From Octopus sinensis (taxonomy: Eukaryota), in contig NC_043018.1 in assembly GCF_006345805.1 (NCBI RefSeq), positions 1,922,001 to 1,986,000 on the forward strand: a stretch of DNA of 64,000 bases, read 5' to 3'. The translations under genes were made by a program, and so were the position numbers. This document shows positions 13,254-27,883 of the stretch, piece after piece. Each line of letters starts with the position of its first letter. The first letter of the stretch is position 1. The notes under the pieces are model-generated. The model made no database searches and was not told where the DNA came from. It was given only the letters and a program-made list of their open reading frames with translations.

Positions 13254-13625
13254 TCTCTCTATATATAAACGGCAGTTTGTCTGTGTGTGTTTCTGTGTGT
13301 CTGTTAGGTTGTACCCTCACCCTGACCACGGCTTTCAACCGATTCTGATGAAACTTGACACACACATAGCCCAATGTCATAATTCAAAACTAACGCAGCG
13401 AAAATTTTGAAAAGTTCCCCCAGTTCTGAAAAAATTCGATAAATTCGACATGGGGTCGAGAATCAGAAACACAAACCACAGACTGTCTAGGGGACGCAAC
13501 TCGACTTTTTTAACTAAAAAAAAAATTTACCATCATTCTTTTTCCATTTTTTGGCTATAACTCTCTAAAAATGCTTTATAGTTATTTCCCTTACAAACCC
13601 GAGCAACGCCGGGCGATACTGCTAG
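13254..13625 (+). mobile_element. Non-autonomous Helitron (372 bp)
   Basis: A|TCtctctatatataaac...gtctgtgtgtg...aaccgattctgatgaaact...cccgagcaacgccgggcgatactgCTAG|T. The 3' about 60 bp is shared with 289-535 and 6657-7054. Confidence 0.85.
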
Positions 13626-13755
13626 TATTATAATAAACGGGAGAGAGACTATTGATAAAATTCCTAGTGATATATAAGGATTAGCTCAAAACAGGTGGCC
13701 TCAAGCTTGATGTTACTGTCTCAATCCACGCAAATAATATATATATATATATATA

Positions 13756-14036
13756 ACGTGACCGACCAGGCTATCAGATTTTGTTACACATCGCTGGTCA
13801 CAATGCGCTCCGCATTGTTTTAGCCTTCAAATGACACCACCCCGCTGGCTAAGCGAGCAGGCCAACAGAAGAAAGAGTGAGAGAAAGTTGTGGCGAAAGA
13901 GTACAGCAGGGATCGCAGCCACCCCCTGCCGGAGCCTCGTGGAGCTGTAGGTGTTTTCACTCAATAAACACAACGCCAGGTCTGGGAATCGAAACCGCGA
14001 TCCTACGACCGCGAGTCCGCTGCCCTAACCAATGGA

Positions 14037-14040
<4 letters not shown>
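13756..14040 (-). mobile_element. tRNA-derived SINE family C (head C1 plus tail T2) in a (TA)n array
   Basis: Minus strand tggtccattggttagggcagcggactcgcggtcgtaggatcgcggtttcgattccc (A/B boxes). Body shared with 43350-43732, but the 3' about 110 bp differs. Confidence 0.85.
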
Positions 14041-14096
<56 letters not shown>

Positions 14097-15112
14097 TACA
14101 CAGTATATATTATTTGATGAGTTACTATAAGTGCCATGCAATGAAAATAACACTGACAGCATTTTATAACACGGATGGTACCTTTTTGCAATCCTGACAA
14201 AGCCTGAGGACTACGTGAAACCAGCAGACTTGTTGGAAAATGTTGTCGGCATTGTTTCCATCCCAAACAACTATTGGCATCTCATAATATATATATATAT
14301 ATACTGTGTTTATTAACTAACATCTATTTCTCACCAGATGGAGTAGATTTTTGGTTGATCTTACCATCATTGAAGTACACTTTACATATAATCGATTATT
14401 ACTTTAATAATAATTAATAATGAGCGGCGAGAAAGCAGCTTCATTAGCGAATCAGAAAAGAATAAAGGAAAGCACTATATCCTGCTTTTTACGTTCAATG
14501 TCCAAATGCAAATGAGATCACCATTCCTCGAAAGCTAAGCACCAGTCAGGTACTACGGTTGATGTATTCAATTTTCTCACTTTTTGGCGTCCTTGCGCCA
14601 AAAATTACAAAGAATATCACAATAATTAATAACATAGTCATTATTATCTTCATCCCCAGTAGTAGTAGTAGTAGTAGTAGTATAGTAGTAGTAGTAGTAG
14701 TAGTAGTAGCATATTTAGTATTAATGTTCAGGTATTCACGAAAAAAGAGCATGCAATTTATTTCTGGTAATAACGATTACTAAATACCCTGCACCCGCTC
14801 CTTCCCCCTCATTTCCTACCTGCCTGTCTGTTTGTCTGTGTTGCCTCTCTCACTCTCTCACTTTCTCTCTCTATCTCTCTCCCTCTCTTCTTTCCTCCAT
14901 CCCTTACTCTCTCTCTCTCCAACATCCCTCCTTCCCATGGTAACTAAAAGTCCTACATTTAGATGTCAGATATTCTTTTGATGTTTTGTTGAGTGTGTGT
15001 CTGCGTGAGTGTGTGTGCGTGCGTGTGAGTGTGTGTTTGTGTATGTATGTGCATGTGACTGTGCTTGTGTGTGCACACACAAACATATACACGTATGTAA
15101 GTATGGATATAC

Positions 15113-15175
<63 letters not shown>

Positions 15176-15791
15176 CATACATATATATATGTAACTCTGT
15201 GTGTAAATATAAATGCGTGTATGTATACACACACACACACACACACATACACACATATATATATATAATCACTCATAGTATTTCATCAAAAGATGAATAA
15301 GAATAAATTGCAAATGTGAGAGACTGCAACAGTCTCCAACCACCATTCACTTGATATAATAAGCCCAGATCTATAAACAGTAAAACTCTCTTCATTTTTT
15401 TTCTAGTCGAATTAACATGACATAATACGTATAATCTCTGAAAGAATTCGTTTATATGAAAAATTTATATATACTTTGTCTGTAAACGTTTTGGGAGCAA
15501 TGTCTCCGAGTAAATATATTCTATGGGTCAAAGTATATCACCGGAAATCGAAAAGAAATAATAGGAAGTTGTGAACCGCTAGTAATATTTCAGACATTTA
15601 TATTTCCATAATTATCTCCCTTTTCAATATATTATTTATGTAAATGTAAATGAATGTGTATAGATCAAGGCGTGCAATGCCGTGACTACACAGGGAAATG
15701 ACTTGTGAAAGATATGTCTATAGACATATGTGGCCTCCTGAATAAGCGACAACGAATATATATATATATATATATATATATGATGATGATG

Positions 15792-15863
<72 letters not shown>

Positions 15864-15993
15864 TTGAGCACAAATATGGCCAATTCTACAAATTTGTTAA
15901 TATAGACACTATTAGATGCTTACATAATTGTATCTATGTATGTGTGTGAACGTATGCTTGCGCACGTGTGTATGTAATCATATAATATTTATG

Positions 15994-16024
<31 letters not shown>

Positions 16025-16060
16025 ATACATACATATATATATACACATAAATATATATTC

Positions 16061-16113
<53 letters not shown>

Positions 16114-16380
16114 AATGCATATATATGTGTGTGTGTATATGTTTATTAATATGCATGAGTGTGTACATACAGCTTCCTGAATATAAAGAAAAAGGGCAAT
16201 CAAGAAAACAGTAGGGCATATAAAGTCACATATGTAAACACTCTAACACTCGCGTACACACACACACTACTACACATATACAAATATATATATACGCATA
16301 TATATAATACATAAGGCTTATATATGTACGCCTGTGCACTAATTCGCATTCGTAGATATATACATATATATATATATTCG

Positions 16381-16434
<54 letters not shown>

Positions 16435-16450
16435 ACATATATACATATAC

Positions 16451-16510
<60 letters not shown>

Positions 16511-16529
16511 CACAGACACACACACACAT

Positions 16530-16588
<59 letters not shown>

Positions 16589-17124
16589 GCCGCTAAGTTT
16601 GTGTATATATCTAAATCACTACGCGCACCTTATGTCTCCCTACTTTCCCCACACCCTCGCACATACAAGTGAACGGATACACACACACATACACACACAT
16701 ATTTATATACATACATTCACATACGCATACACACACGAGCACATATAAGCAGGCACGTATATACAGGTGTACACATACTCACGAAACGAGGTAGATTCGC
16801 CGAGGTAATTAAAAACAGTGGCTTGACATCGCTTAACATAATGGAACGTAGGTGAGCAGGGGCGGAGATGTAGCAGTCTCCTTTTTATTCATAATTTCTA
16901 CAGGTTCTTTTCTTCTTTTCTTCTTTACTTCTTCCTTTTATTTTTGCCTCCTTCGTCTTTCATTCATCGGTGCTTTGATGAATATACGTCCATTTAGACG
17001 GTTGAGATCAATATTATTGAATACAGGAGCATGATTGTATCTGATTACTGCCATAGAAGTTATGCTATTTCAACTCTACAAATACTATAGAATTACCAAG
17101 ATTCTATATGTGAATATATATACG

Positions 17125-17155
<31 letters not shown>

Positions 17156-17267
17156 TCATATATAGCTGTGAGTATTTATATATATCACTATGCATGCATT
17201 TATACATATATACATACATACATATATATATATATACATATATACATATACATATATATATATATAC

Positions 17268-17319
<52 letters not shown>

Positions 17320-17526
17320 GCTGGATATAATCTATACAAATATTATCATGGGTATTATATTAGTTTCAGTCACCTTTGCTTAAAATAACTCGGTATAAGT
17401 ATATACATAATATAAATATATAGATACAGAATATATATATGCATTGCACAAACATTTATATATGTGTGTGTGTATAAATGAACATGCGTATATGAGCATG
17501 CACTGACGCACATAAGCACACCCATC

Positions 17527-17613
<87 letters not shown>

Positions 17614-18372
17614 ATATATATATAGATACATACACTGTGGAAGCTCGAAGACGGGTCCCAATGTAAGTGCGTATGATGCATAGTTATATATATACGTGTG
17701 CGTGTGTGTGTGTGTGTGTGTACAATGTATGTATATATATATACCCCACGTGCGTGTGTTGGTCTGTGCTTGAGCGTGTATGTAGGGAACAAAATGTCTG
17801 CCTGATAAGTGTTGAAATAGCAAAGTTCTCAAATAAAATCATTCATGAATCAACAGCAAATATCGTCAAACATGGACTCTGAATACATTATTGGCAACCA
17901 CTGATTTTCTCATATCTTCCAGGGAAAATTTTCTACGCTCTTGAAGTGTCGTGAAACGTTGAATTATGTATATAAAGTTTTTCATCATCCTGATAACATA
18001 TCACCCAAATCTCGTTGAGTCCAGATATCATCTTCCTCTCCATTACCAGACTGTTAATCTTACTATAGTGAAATATACCCCGGTAGGGGGCGTAAGAGAG
18101 GAAAAGAATAATATGATGTGAGTCGATGAAAACCAGCGACGAGAATGAGAGGAAAATAAGTTTGTTTTGCCAGTAGAGGTTGGCAGGATTTCAAAAAAGA
18201 CCTATGGAAGCCAGGCAGTCGGGAAATGAATAGAAACCGGGTAATAATATCGGAATAACATAGATGTTGCTAAGAAAACATCTAGTAATCAGTGGGCTTA
18301 ACAAAAGTACATAGGTTTCACGAACTTAACATAAAAGACGTGTAATTTTTACATATTATTATTTCATATTTG

Positions 18373-18592
18373 AAGGTTTCGCGCTGGCTGAGTCTTTAGC
18401 ACTAAGGGGAAAATGCTTAGCGGCCGGCCTTTCGTCTGTCTTTGTGTTTTGAGCTCAAATTCCTCGAAGGACGACTTTACCTTTCGTCCTTTCGAAGTCT
18501 ATAAAAGAAGTAGCAGTTGTGCACTGGAGTTGATATAATATACTTATCCCCTTCTCTCCAAATTGCGGGCCTTGTGTCAAAACTTGAAACCC
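18373..18592 (+). mobile_element. SINE family A, degenerate monomer
   Basis: gactttacctttcgtcctttcgaagtc and ccttgtgtcaaaacttgaaacc. Confidence 0.65.
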
Positions 18593-18650
18593 TTATCAGC
18601 TATGTGGTGCGTAAGGCGACGTCATAGTAGAATCGCTAGCACATCTTCTA

Positions 18651-18956
18651 GTCATGTGACTGGGGTCATACTGGAGCAGCGCCTTTAGACGAACGAATTG
18701 ACCCCAGAAACTTATTCTTTGTAAACATAGTTCTTATTCTATCGGTCTGTTTTGCCGAACTGCTACATTACGGTGATGTAAACACACCAACATCGGTACG
18801 GGCTTCTTTCAGTTTCAGTCTACCAAATACACTCACAAGGCCTTGGTTGACCGGAGGCAATAGTAGAAGACACTTGCCCAAGATGACACACAGTGGCACT
18901 TAATCTAGAACCATGTGTTTGGGAAGCAAGCTTCTTACCACACAGCCACACCGCCT
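18651..18956 (-). mobile_element. SINE family B lacking the internal microsatellite
   Basis: gaagacacttgcccaag and cttcttaccacacagccac on plus. catcgg joins directly to tacgggcttc where other copies carry (TA/TG)n. Confidence 0.75.
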
Positions 18957-19562
18957 CGCAGCATTTCTTTACGTTCTGAGTTCAAATTCCGCCAAGGTCG
19001 AATTTTCCTTTCATTCTTTCGGTGACCATAAAAGAAGTACAAATTACACACCAGGGTCAATCTAATGGAATTGCTACGTCTCACGAAATCACTAGCCTTG
19101 TACCAAACTTAGTTTCGCTGCCGTTATCTGTTCTTATGGATTCGCTGCAAAACACTTCCTAATCCAGTTTAACCTATGATATGATAGTGTTTCCATGGTG
19201 TTCTTTGTAGCCATGGCATCCCAAACCCCTTAAGCTGGAAGCTACATGGTGGGGCGGGCGGAGGAAGCGACCCATTTTGAAAAACCATTTTCGAGTGAAT
19301 CATAGTCTTGGAACAAATAAATATACTCTGCTAAATGTATCGAGTATTTTATTTCTAAATTGTGTATCCATATCTGTAAGTGTCTGTTCGTGTGTGCACA
19401 CGCACACACACGCAAATATGCATATATGTATGTGCGTGTGTGTGTATGTGTATGTATATATATATATATATATATACATATATACATAGATATAGATATA
19501 TATATATTATGTATATATATATATATACATATATATATAGATATCTATATATAGATATATAC

Positions 19563-19638
<76 letters not shown>

Positions 19639-19659
19639 ATATATATATTTGTATATATT

Positions 19660-19708
<49 letters not shown>

Positions 19709-20219
19709 AAATAGATAGATAGATATAGATATATTATATATTTATATATTATTTATATATATGTATGTATGTAATGTATGTATGCATTCATATGTGTGAT
19801 ATTGGAAGCAACAACAACAGTAATAATGCAATATTCAAGAGATATTTGGAAACATTTATTTGGCACAGTTACCAGTAGTGCATAAAACTCGTAACTTTGG
19901 CAAAAACACTCCACCATCAACTGTATCAAATGACATACATTGGTTTGTTTTTTGCCAAAACTAAACCACGTGACAATTTTATGCTTTTTCGTAGTCATAG
20001 CAGCTCTTCGATTTTCTGGTTTTCTTTTTGGGGGAATTTTTAAAATTTTTTTATTACCATATCTCGATGATTTTTCCCACGTCCTTCTTTATTTTTTTTT
20101 ATTTTTATGAAGTAAAGATCGGAATTATTATTTTTGCCTATTTCCATATCCTACTTCTCACCACGCCCTAACACTATCATCATCTGGAACTTGGCTAATG
20201 TTTCGGTGGTGATGTTGTT

Positions 20220-20573
20220 GTTGTTCTTCTTCTTCTTCTTTTCCTTTCTCTTTATCTTCTTCTTCTTTTCTTCTTATTTCTATGCTTCTTCTTCTTCTTC
20301 TTCTTCTTTTTCTTCTTCTTCTTCTTTTTCTTCTTCTTCTTCTTCTTATTCCTTTTCTCATTCGTCTTCTACTTCTTCTTCTTCTTCTTATTCTTATTCT
20401 TATTCCTATGCTTCTTCTTCTTCTCTTCTTCTTCTTCTTCTTCTTCTTATTCCTTTTCTCATTCGTCTTCTTCTTCTTCTGCTTCTTCTTATTCCTATGC
20501 TTCTTCTTCTTCTTCTCTTCTTCTTCTTCTTCTTCTTCTTATTATTATTATTATTATTCCTTTTCTCATTCGT

Positions 20574-20604
<31 letters not shown>

Positions 20605-20770
20605 TTCCTTTTCTCATTCGTCTTCTTCTTCTTCTTCTGCTTCTTCTTATTCCTATGCTTCTTAATATTATTCTTATTATTCCTTTTCTTATTCGTCTTA
20701 TTCTTATTCTTATTCTTCCTCCTCTTCTTCTTTTTCTTCTTCTTCTTCTTCTTCTCCTTCTTCTTCTTCT
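20220..20770. repeat. (TTC)n tract with a recurring about 18-bp spacer (higher-order repeat)
   Basis: attccttttctcattcgtc or near-copies at about 20348, 20449, 20557, 20605 and 20679. Confidence 0.9.
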
Positions 20771-20775
20771 TCTTT

Positions 20776-21190
20776 AAAGCGACGAGCTGGCAGAATCGTT
20801 AGCATGCCGGTCGAAATGCTTAGCGGCATTTCGTTCGTCCTGGGTTCAAATTCGACTTCGCCTTTCATCCCATTCAAGGTAAAGGTAGAATAAGAACCAG
20901 TTGAAAAGTGGGATCCATCTAATCGATTTATCCTCCTCCCTCGAAATTTCTGGCCTTCTACCAAAATTTGGAAACCAACACCTAAGGCGGCGAACTGGTA
21001 AAATCGTTATTGCACCAGACAAAAACGCTTAGCGACACTTCGTCCGTATTTACGTTCTGAGTTCAAATGCCACCGAAGTCTATTTTGTACTTCATCCTTC
21101 GGGGTCCAAAAAAATAAGTACCAGTTAATCAGGGGAATCGATATATTTGAGTTGTCCCCTTATCCGGAATTGATGGATTTACGCCAAAAT
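20776..21190 (+). mobile_element. Two tandem degenerate SINE A copies
   Basis: Heads aaagcgacgagctggcagaatcgttagc (20776) and aaggcggcgaactggtaaaatcgtt (about 20985). Confidence 0.7.
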
Positions 21191-21274
21191 TTGAAGCCGA
21201 TATTATTATTATTATTGTTGTTGTTGCTGATGTTGTTATCGTTGCTGCTGCTACTGCTGCTGTTGTTGTTGTAC

Positions 21275-21800
21275 TTCTCAGAACGTTCGGACTTTTTTTG
21301 ATCTCCCAGGGTCTCTTTCCGCACATTATAAGCTCTGATGCTTGGTTGTTAATTATCGTAGGAGACATTCAAAATCCAAGTACCAATCTCAAAAGCCTAG
21401 CTGTCTCCAACAGAGCAGGTTTTGGAGTTTGCTCTGCTCTCGTGTCAATTCCGATTTCTTTGACATATTTCTCGAAATTTGGTTCGCAGTGCTCCGAGTG
21501 GCCCTACTGGAATGACAAATACTCTCCTTATAATCAACATGCTTGCAATTTCGTCTTTTAGTAGTCGCTAGTTTTCAATCTCTTCTAATTCTTTGTCACT
21601 TATGCATGCATCTCCAAGTATTGCAATATCTATAACCTTGGTTTCCTTTTTTCCATTATCTACCACAACAATATCTGGTGTCCGAGCCTCGAATAGGGAA
21701 TTTAATTTTTTGAATTCACTAAAGGTTTTAGGTGCATATGCAGCCAACAGCAGAGACAGATGCCTTCTCGGCTTTTCCACACCTGACCCAATAGAACAAT
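21275..21800 (-). pseudogene. R4/Dong-type LINE 3' end: restriction-like endonuclease, ORF end and short 3' UTR
   Basis: EARTPDIVVVDNGKKETKVIDIAILGDACISDKELEEIEN*RLLKDEIA..KYVKEIGID..ALLETARLLRLVLGF*, followed by an (AAC)/(AAT)n tract at about 21272-21200. Confidence 0.85.
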
Positions 21801-22252
21801 CGAACATGTGACGGCTGAAGGGAAACAAAATCTCTGTTAATCCTTTAGAACTGAGTAGAATGGACCCACATGAAATGAGAATATCCTTTCTCAAAGTGTT
21901 TAGAATACAACAATCACTCATAAAAATTGCTTCCGAAATGACAATCTCTTTTGCTTGAAGGATTCAATGCAGGGTCAGACGTCGCGATTAATCTTATATA
22001 TTATATAAATTTCTTTCTGTATAGTTATTGATACCGTGACATTTCAACTATAATCAATCCAAGCTGTTTGATAATTATCTTATTTAGTATCTTTACTCTT
22101 TATTTTAAAAAAAAAGGTATTGCCCTTTCATCAATTAAATTCTATTCAATTTCACAAAAATCGTATAAAATTTCTTTGCTTGATGTTTTTAGAAAGCCCT
22201 TGATTTCAAAAACATTCTTCCATTTTTCAATTAATATTCGACCAGATAAAAA

Positions 22253-22549
22253 AAGGCGGCGAGGTGGCAGAAACGTTTATACGCCGGGTGAAATGCTTAG
22301 CGGCATTTCGTTTGTCTTTACGTTTGTCTGTCCTTGTTTGTCCCCTCTGTGTTTAGCCCCTTGTGGGTAGTAAAGAAATAGGTATTTCGTCGGCCGTTAC
22401 GTTCTGAGTTCAAATTCCGCCGAGGCTGACTTTGCCTTTCATCCTTTCGGAGTTGATAAATTAAGTACCAGTTGTGTACTGGGGTTGATCTAATCCACTG
22501 GCCCACTCCCTCAAAATTTCGGGCCGTGTGCCTAGAGTACAAAGGAATA
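22253..22549 (+). mobile_element. SINE family A, with most of the left monomer body deleted
   Basis: Head, linker and right monomer recognisable. Confidence 0.8.
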
Positions 22550-23897
22550 TTTGACAAGATAAAGCTAATATTCCATTCTGCACTACGAAATATATGCTCA
22601 ACTGTGAAGAATGCTTATTTTAACCTTTTTGTAATTCCATTCTTCAAGCTAAACACCGTCTTGCCGAATAAAAGGAAAGAATATTGAAAGAACTTACGAT
22701 AATTAATTCCTTTTGAGATTAAAATCTCATCAATTGATGAGTGAGTGGAGAAACAGATGTATTACTCTCGAATGAAGTTGCTGAAATATGGCGGCAAGAG
22801 GCGTTTGAATGAATGACCTTGGTCCTTGTTTGTAGGCTAGAAGCATAAGTGGCTTAGACACATGTCTGTAAGAAGTAAACTTGTACCTATGAAAATCCTA
22901 AACTGTTTCCCCTCTTTCTTTCTCTCTGTGGCTATTTTACATCTCATCCCTTTTTTATTCTTCTGCTTTTCATGCTTGTATATATTTTCGTGGTGGTGGA
23001 TGGGTTAATTTTTCTCTTTTATCTCTTCATAATCGATTCCACTTGAAACTGAACCGTTTTACTAATTGATTCTTGTGCTATCCCATTCATCCTGTTCACC
23101 TGTGTTAAATGAAAGAAATTATTTCAATTTATTCCAATTTAGCTTTATTCATTTGCCTTTTATCTTTACCTCTTCTTGTTTTTTCTTTTATTCTTCTTGT
23201 TCTTCTTGTTTCTTGCCGCGCAGTTCAGTTATGAATTATAAAATATAAAGATTTTCCTAAATTTTATTTATTTTTATTTTTTTGTTTTAATTCGTTAGCA
23301 ATTAACTCAAAAAAGGCGAGTGCCAAATTCCTTTTAGATTTTCTCGGCTTATTAAACGAAGAAGACAATCATTGTGAAGAGTTAATTGTGTAAAGCTTCA
23401 CAACCACATCAACGGAACATATTACTGGATGTCGAGGAATTAACGATTCGCTCAACAACAACAACAACAACAATAACAACAACAGCGAATGCATTCAAAA
23501 GTTTTCTTTGCCAAAAATAGAAAGTGCGAACAAAGTAGTAGTTATGAATATTGCTTGCAACAACAAATAAATCTTTAATATAAATGAATTAACCAGCAAG
23601 ACACCAACAAGAAAGCAATAGTTTGTACCAAAAACAAATGCATATATATATATATATATATACCACATATTTTTTTTAAGGAAAAATAGTCACCTACTTA
23701 TGATGAACAACGAGGCGGATTTCTTTCTGTCGTCTTTGAAGCGATTAGACCAAATTCCAAGCTAATACCTTTGTAAGATTTCATTTAAGCACTCAATACC
23801 AGGCAAATACGTTGGCGGGGTTCGTATATCACACACTGACTCATACGATGGTTCGGCAATACTTTCAACCATTTAGCATGAGGATCACAGTGAAATT

Positions 23898-24298
23898 ATT
23901 CTTTTGTACTTTAGACACACGGCCAGAGATTTTTGGGAAGGAGGCCATTCGATTAGATTGACTACAGTACGCAACTGGTATTTAATTAATCGACTCCGAA
24001 AAGATGAAAGGCAAAGTAGACCTCAGTGGATTTTGAACTCAGACTGTAAAGACAGACGAAATACCTATTTCTTTATTACCCACAAGGGGCTAAACACAGA
24101 GAGGACAAACAAGGACAGACACACGGATTAAGTCGATTATATCGACCCCAGGGCATAACTGGTACTTAATTTATCGACCCCGAAAGGATGAAAGGTAAAG
24201 TCGACCTCGGCGGAATTTGAACTCAGATCGTGACGGCAGACGAAATACGCTAAGCATTTCGCCCGGAGTGTTAATGATTCTGCCAGCTCACCGCCTTT
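23898..24298 (-). mobile_element. SINE family A, full dimer
   Basis: Reverse complement of the 4957-5339 structure, including the head aaaggcggtgagctggcagaatc. Confidence 0.85.
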
Positions 24299-24959
24299 CA
24301 AAGTCAAATTATAGTTAGCAACAACGTAGATGAGGGATATCGGTTTCAAATTTTGGCACAAGGCCAGCACATGAGGGATATTGTGAACAATTAGTGAAAT
24401 AACAGAAACGGTGAATTAAAGTTTCACGAGTAGCTATGACGTCTTCTAAGGTTTATTATTTAAAGCAATAAGGCAGACATCTGGCTAACTTTTTAAAACG
24501 TTCGGAAAAGCTGTTGGCGGTATTTCCTCCGACATTTTACATTCTGAGTCCAAACCTGGTGAGGACTAATCCGCCCTTCATCCTTTCGAGTTCACAGTAA
24601 TAATGTACCAGTCATGAATTGGCGTCAATGTAATCGTTTTTTTCCCCCTCAAAATTCTTGGCCTATAAAAAATTACTCAGAGAAATGTTTTCTCTTTATT
24701 ATGATTTCTATAATCGTTTAATTTTTCTATGGAAAAATATTCAAGCAATTCCTTCACTTTTCATAAAACTATTTTTATTTTTCTTCCACGCACATCTATC
24801 AAATAAATATCCCAAAACACCCGTTCTTATATAAATTGTTTGTCGCAACCGATGCAGCTTTCTAAGTCAGCATTTTTTAAGTTTCATGTTTATAAGTAAG
24901 AATGAATTGTATGTAATTGTCATCAGTATCGAAGTAAGACATTGTTAGAACTTATCATC

Positions 24960-24971
24960 ATCATCTTATTA

Positions 24972-25012
<41 letters not shown>

Positions 25013-25040
25013 TATTATTATTATCATTATCATTATTATT

Positions 25041-25071
<31 letters not shown>

Positions 25072-25183
25072 TATTATCATTATTATTATTATCTTAGTAT
25101 TATTATTTTATTATTATTATTATTATTATATTATTATTATATTATTATTATTATTATTCTCGTTATTATTATTATTAATATTA

Positions 25184-25215
<32 letters not shown>

Positions 25216-25487
25216 TATTATTATTATTATTATTATCATTATTCTTATTCTTATTATTATATATTATTATTACTATATTATTATTATCATTATTCTTCTT
25301 TTTATTATTATTATTATTATTATTATTGTTGTTGTTGTTGTTGTTGTTGTTGTTATCATTCTTATTATTAATATTAATATTATTATCATTATTATTATTA
25401 TTATTATTGTCATTATTATTATTATTATTATTATTATCATTATTCTTATTCTTATTATTATTATTATTATTATTATCATTATTATTC

Positions 25488-25522
<35 letters not shown>

Positions 25523-25610
25523 GTTGTTGTTGTTGTTGTTGTTGTTATCATTCTTATTATTAATATTATTATTATTATCATCATCATCATCATTATTATT
25601 ATTATTACAA
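24960..25610. repeat. (ATT)n/(GTT)n compound microsatellite with block duplication
   Basis: Direct reading. Confidence 0.95.
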
Positions 25611-25888
25611 TAGAGTAGTCCCATGCGATCGGATGTTCTGATTATATAAGAAAACTATTTTTGTTGTTATTAAAGCTATTCAATGTTGTGAGAGACATTT
25701 GCTTTTCTCTGATCTTTTCTTTCAAAGCAGAACGAAAAAAGAATTTATGAAAGAATTAGGCTTCAAATATGTCTTAGAAATTGTAATATATATATACATA
25801 TACATATATATATATATATATATATAATATATATATATATATACATGCATATATATATATACATATACATATACATATACATATTATT

Positions 25889-25927
<39 letters not shown>

Positions 25928-26246
25928 GCACACAAACTTATATGCGTATACATGTCTCAATATGAATATACATCAATATTCACACACACACACACAAACA
26001 CTCACCACACATATATAGTACGTACGTAAGAGCATTTAGTGTATAGTTGTTAGTAAAAATATGTTTGGTGGTGAGTGAATGTAATAAAAATATATGTCTT
26101 TTAGCTTGCGGACCTAGGCATAAGCTCTTTCTTGCGCCCTCGTGTTCGCGTGTGAGCAGATATATACAAAGAGGGAAAGTGAAATGAAAATACCTACATA
26201 TATACACATATACATACATGATTTATACACACATATACATATAATA

Positions 26247-26312
<66 letters not shown>

Positions 26313-27785
26313 TACATGCACACACATACTATATGTGTAAACGTATGTAGGCGTATATATCTCTGAGATATATTGCACATATACACTTGAGAGAGTGTGT
26401 CTCGTGTGTATGAGTGTCTATGTATAAGTGTGTTTCCATAAAAAATCTAAATTATGAAATTTCAGTTTCAATTTACCACTCAGTGCTTACATTGTCTCCT
26501 TCGTATCTTTTGGGTTTTGTCTTCCGTCTAGACAAGGATGATTGGCTGCTGTATATAAACATACATCATTAAATGTATATATAATGATATGCACTTATAG
26601 ATGAGTACATTTAGCTATATACACTTCTACTATGCGTATGTGATTATATATATATATATATACATCTATGTATATATATATATATATCAATATAAATATA
26701 TAATATATATATATATATACTGTATATATATATAAATATAATATATATGCATGTATGTATATATATATGTACGTGTATATACATATATATATATGTTATA
26801 TATATATATATATTTATATATTACACATACATATATATACACATATATATTTGTTTGTATGTATATACGAACATACATATCACATACACACCCACACAGA
26901 GGTAAATACAAATTCTGGGAGAAACACGGACGCATATACATGCATACATATATACACACACTCACACATATATATGTATGTATATACATATTTATATGTA
27001 CTTATACATATATATATAGATATGTGTGTGTGTATGTATGTATATATATATGTCTGACCACTGCTGTATCGAGCGGATAAGTGAGTGAATAAATAGATCG
27101 ATATCGATCAGAGATGATATAATTGGTCCCATTCAATGGAAAGCCATAAACGCAAAACAAATAAGGGGAAATAACTGCAACAACAACAGGAAAAACAGCA
27201 AGAAAAAGAAAAGATGAAATGGCGGAAGAGATGTTGGTGGAATGGTGAAGAAAATGGACGAGACGGAAGGTCGGCCTCGTTCTAAAATGTTACGTTAAAA
27301 GTGGAAAAGTGGCAACGGAAAAAAAATATATATAGGAAAGAATTTAAAAGACACAATTGATAAGTGAATAAGAGAGAGAAAAGGAAATGGAAATAAAGAA
27401 ATTAATAATATGTATATTAAAAGGATAAATATATTGTCTCCTAATACACACAACACACAAATATAACCTATATATATATATATATTATATAATATGTATA
27501 TGTATATGTATGTATATATGTATATGTATGCATATTTGGGTGGTTGTAGTGGAAAGTTATGAGAAGGTAAATATATATTTATATGTATATATATATATAT
27601 TATATATATATATATATACATACGTATGTGTGTGTGAGTATGGGTCTTATTTGTTTATAATAGATATGGCTCTCCTTTTCTGTCAATTTCACTCCCTCTC
27701 TCTGTATATATATATATATATATATATGCCTGTACACACACACACACACACATATAATTATATATATATACTATATATATATATA

Positions 27786-27863
<78 letters not shown>

Positions 27864-27883
27864 ATATATATACATATATATAT

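Noticed and set aside
14190-14235. ctgacaaagcctgaggactacgtgaaaccagcagac
   Set aside because: Core boxes are degenerate and no stem II can be drawn.
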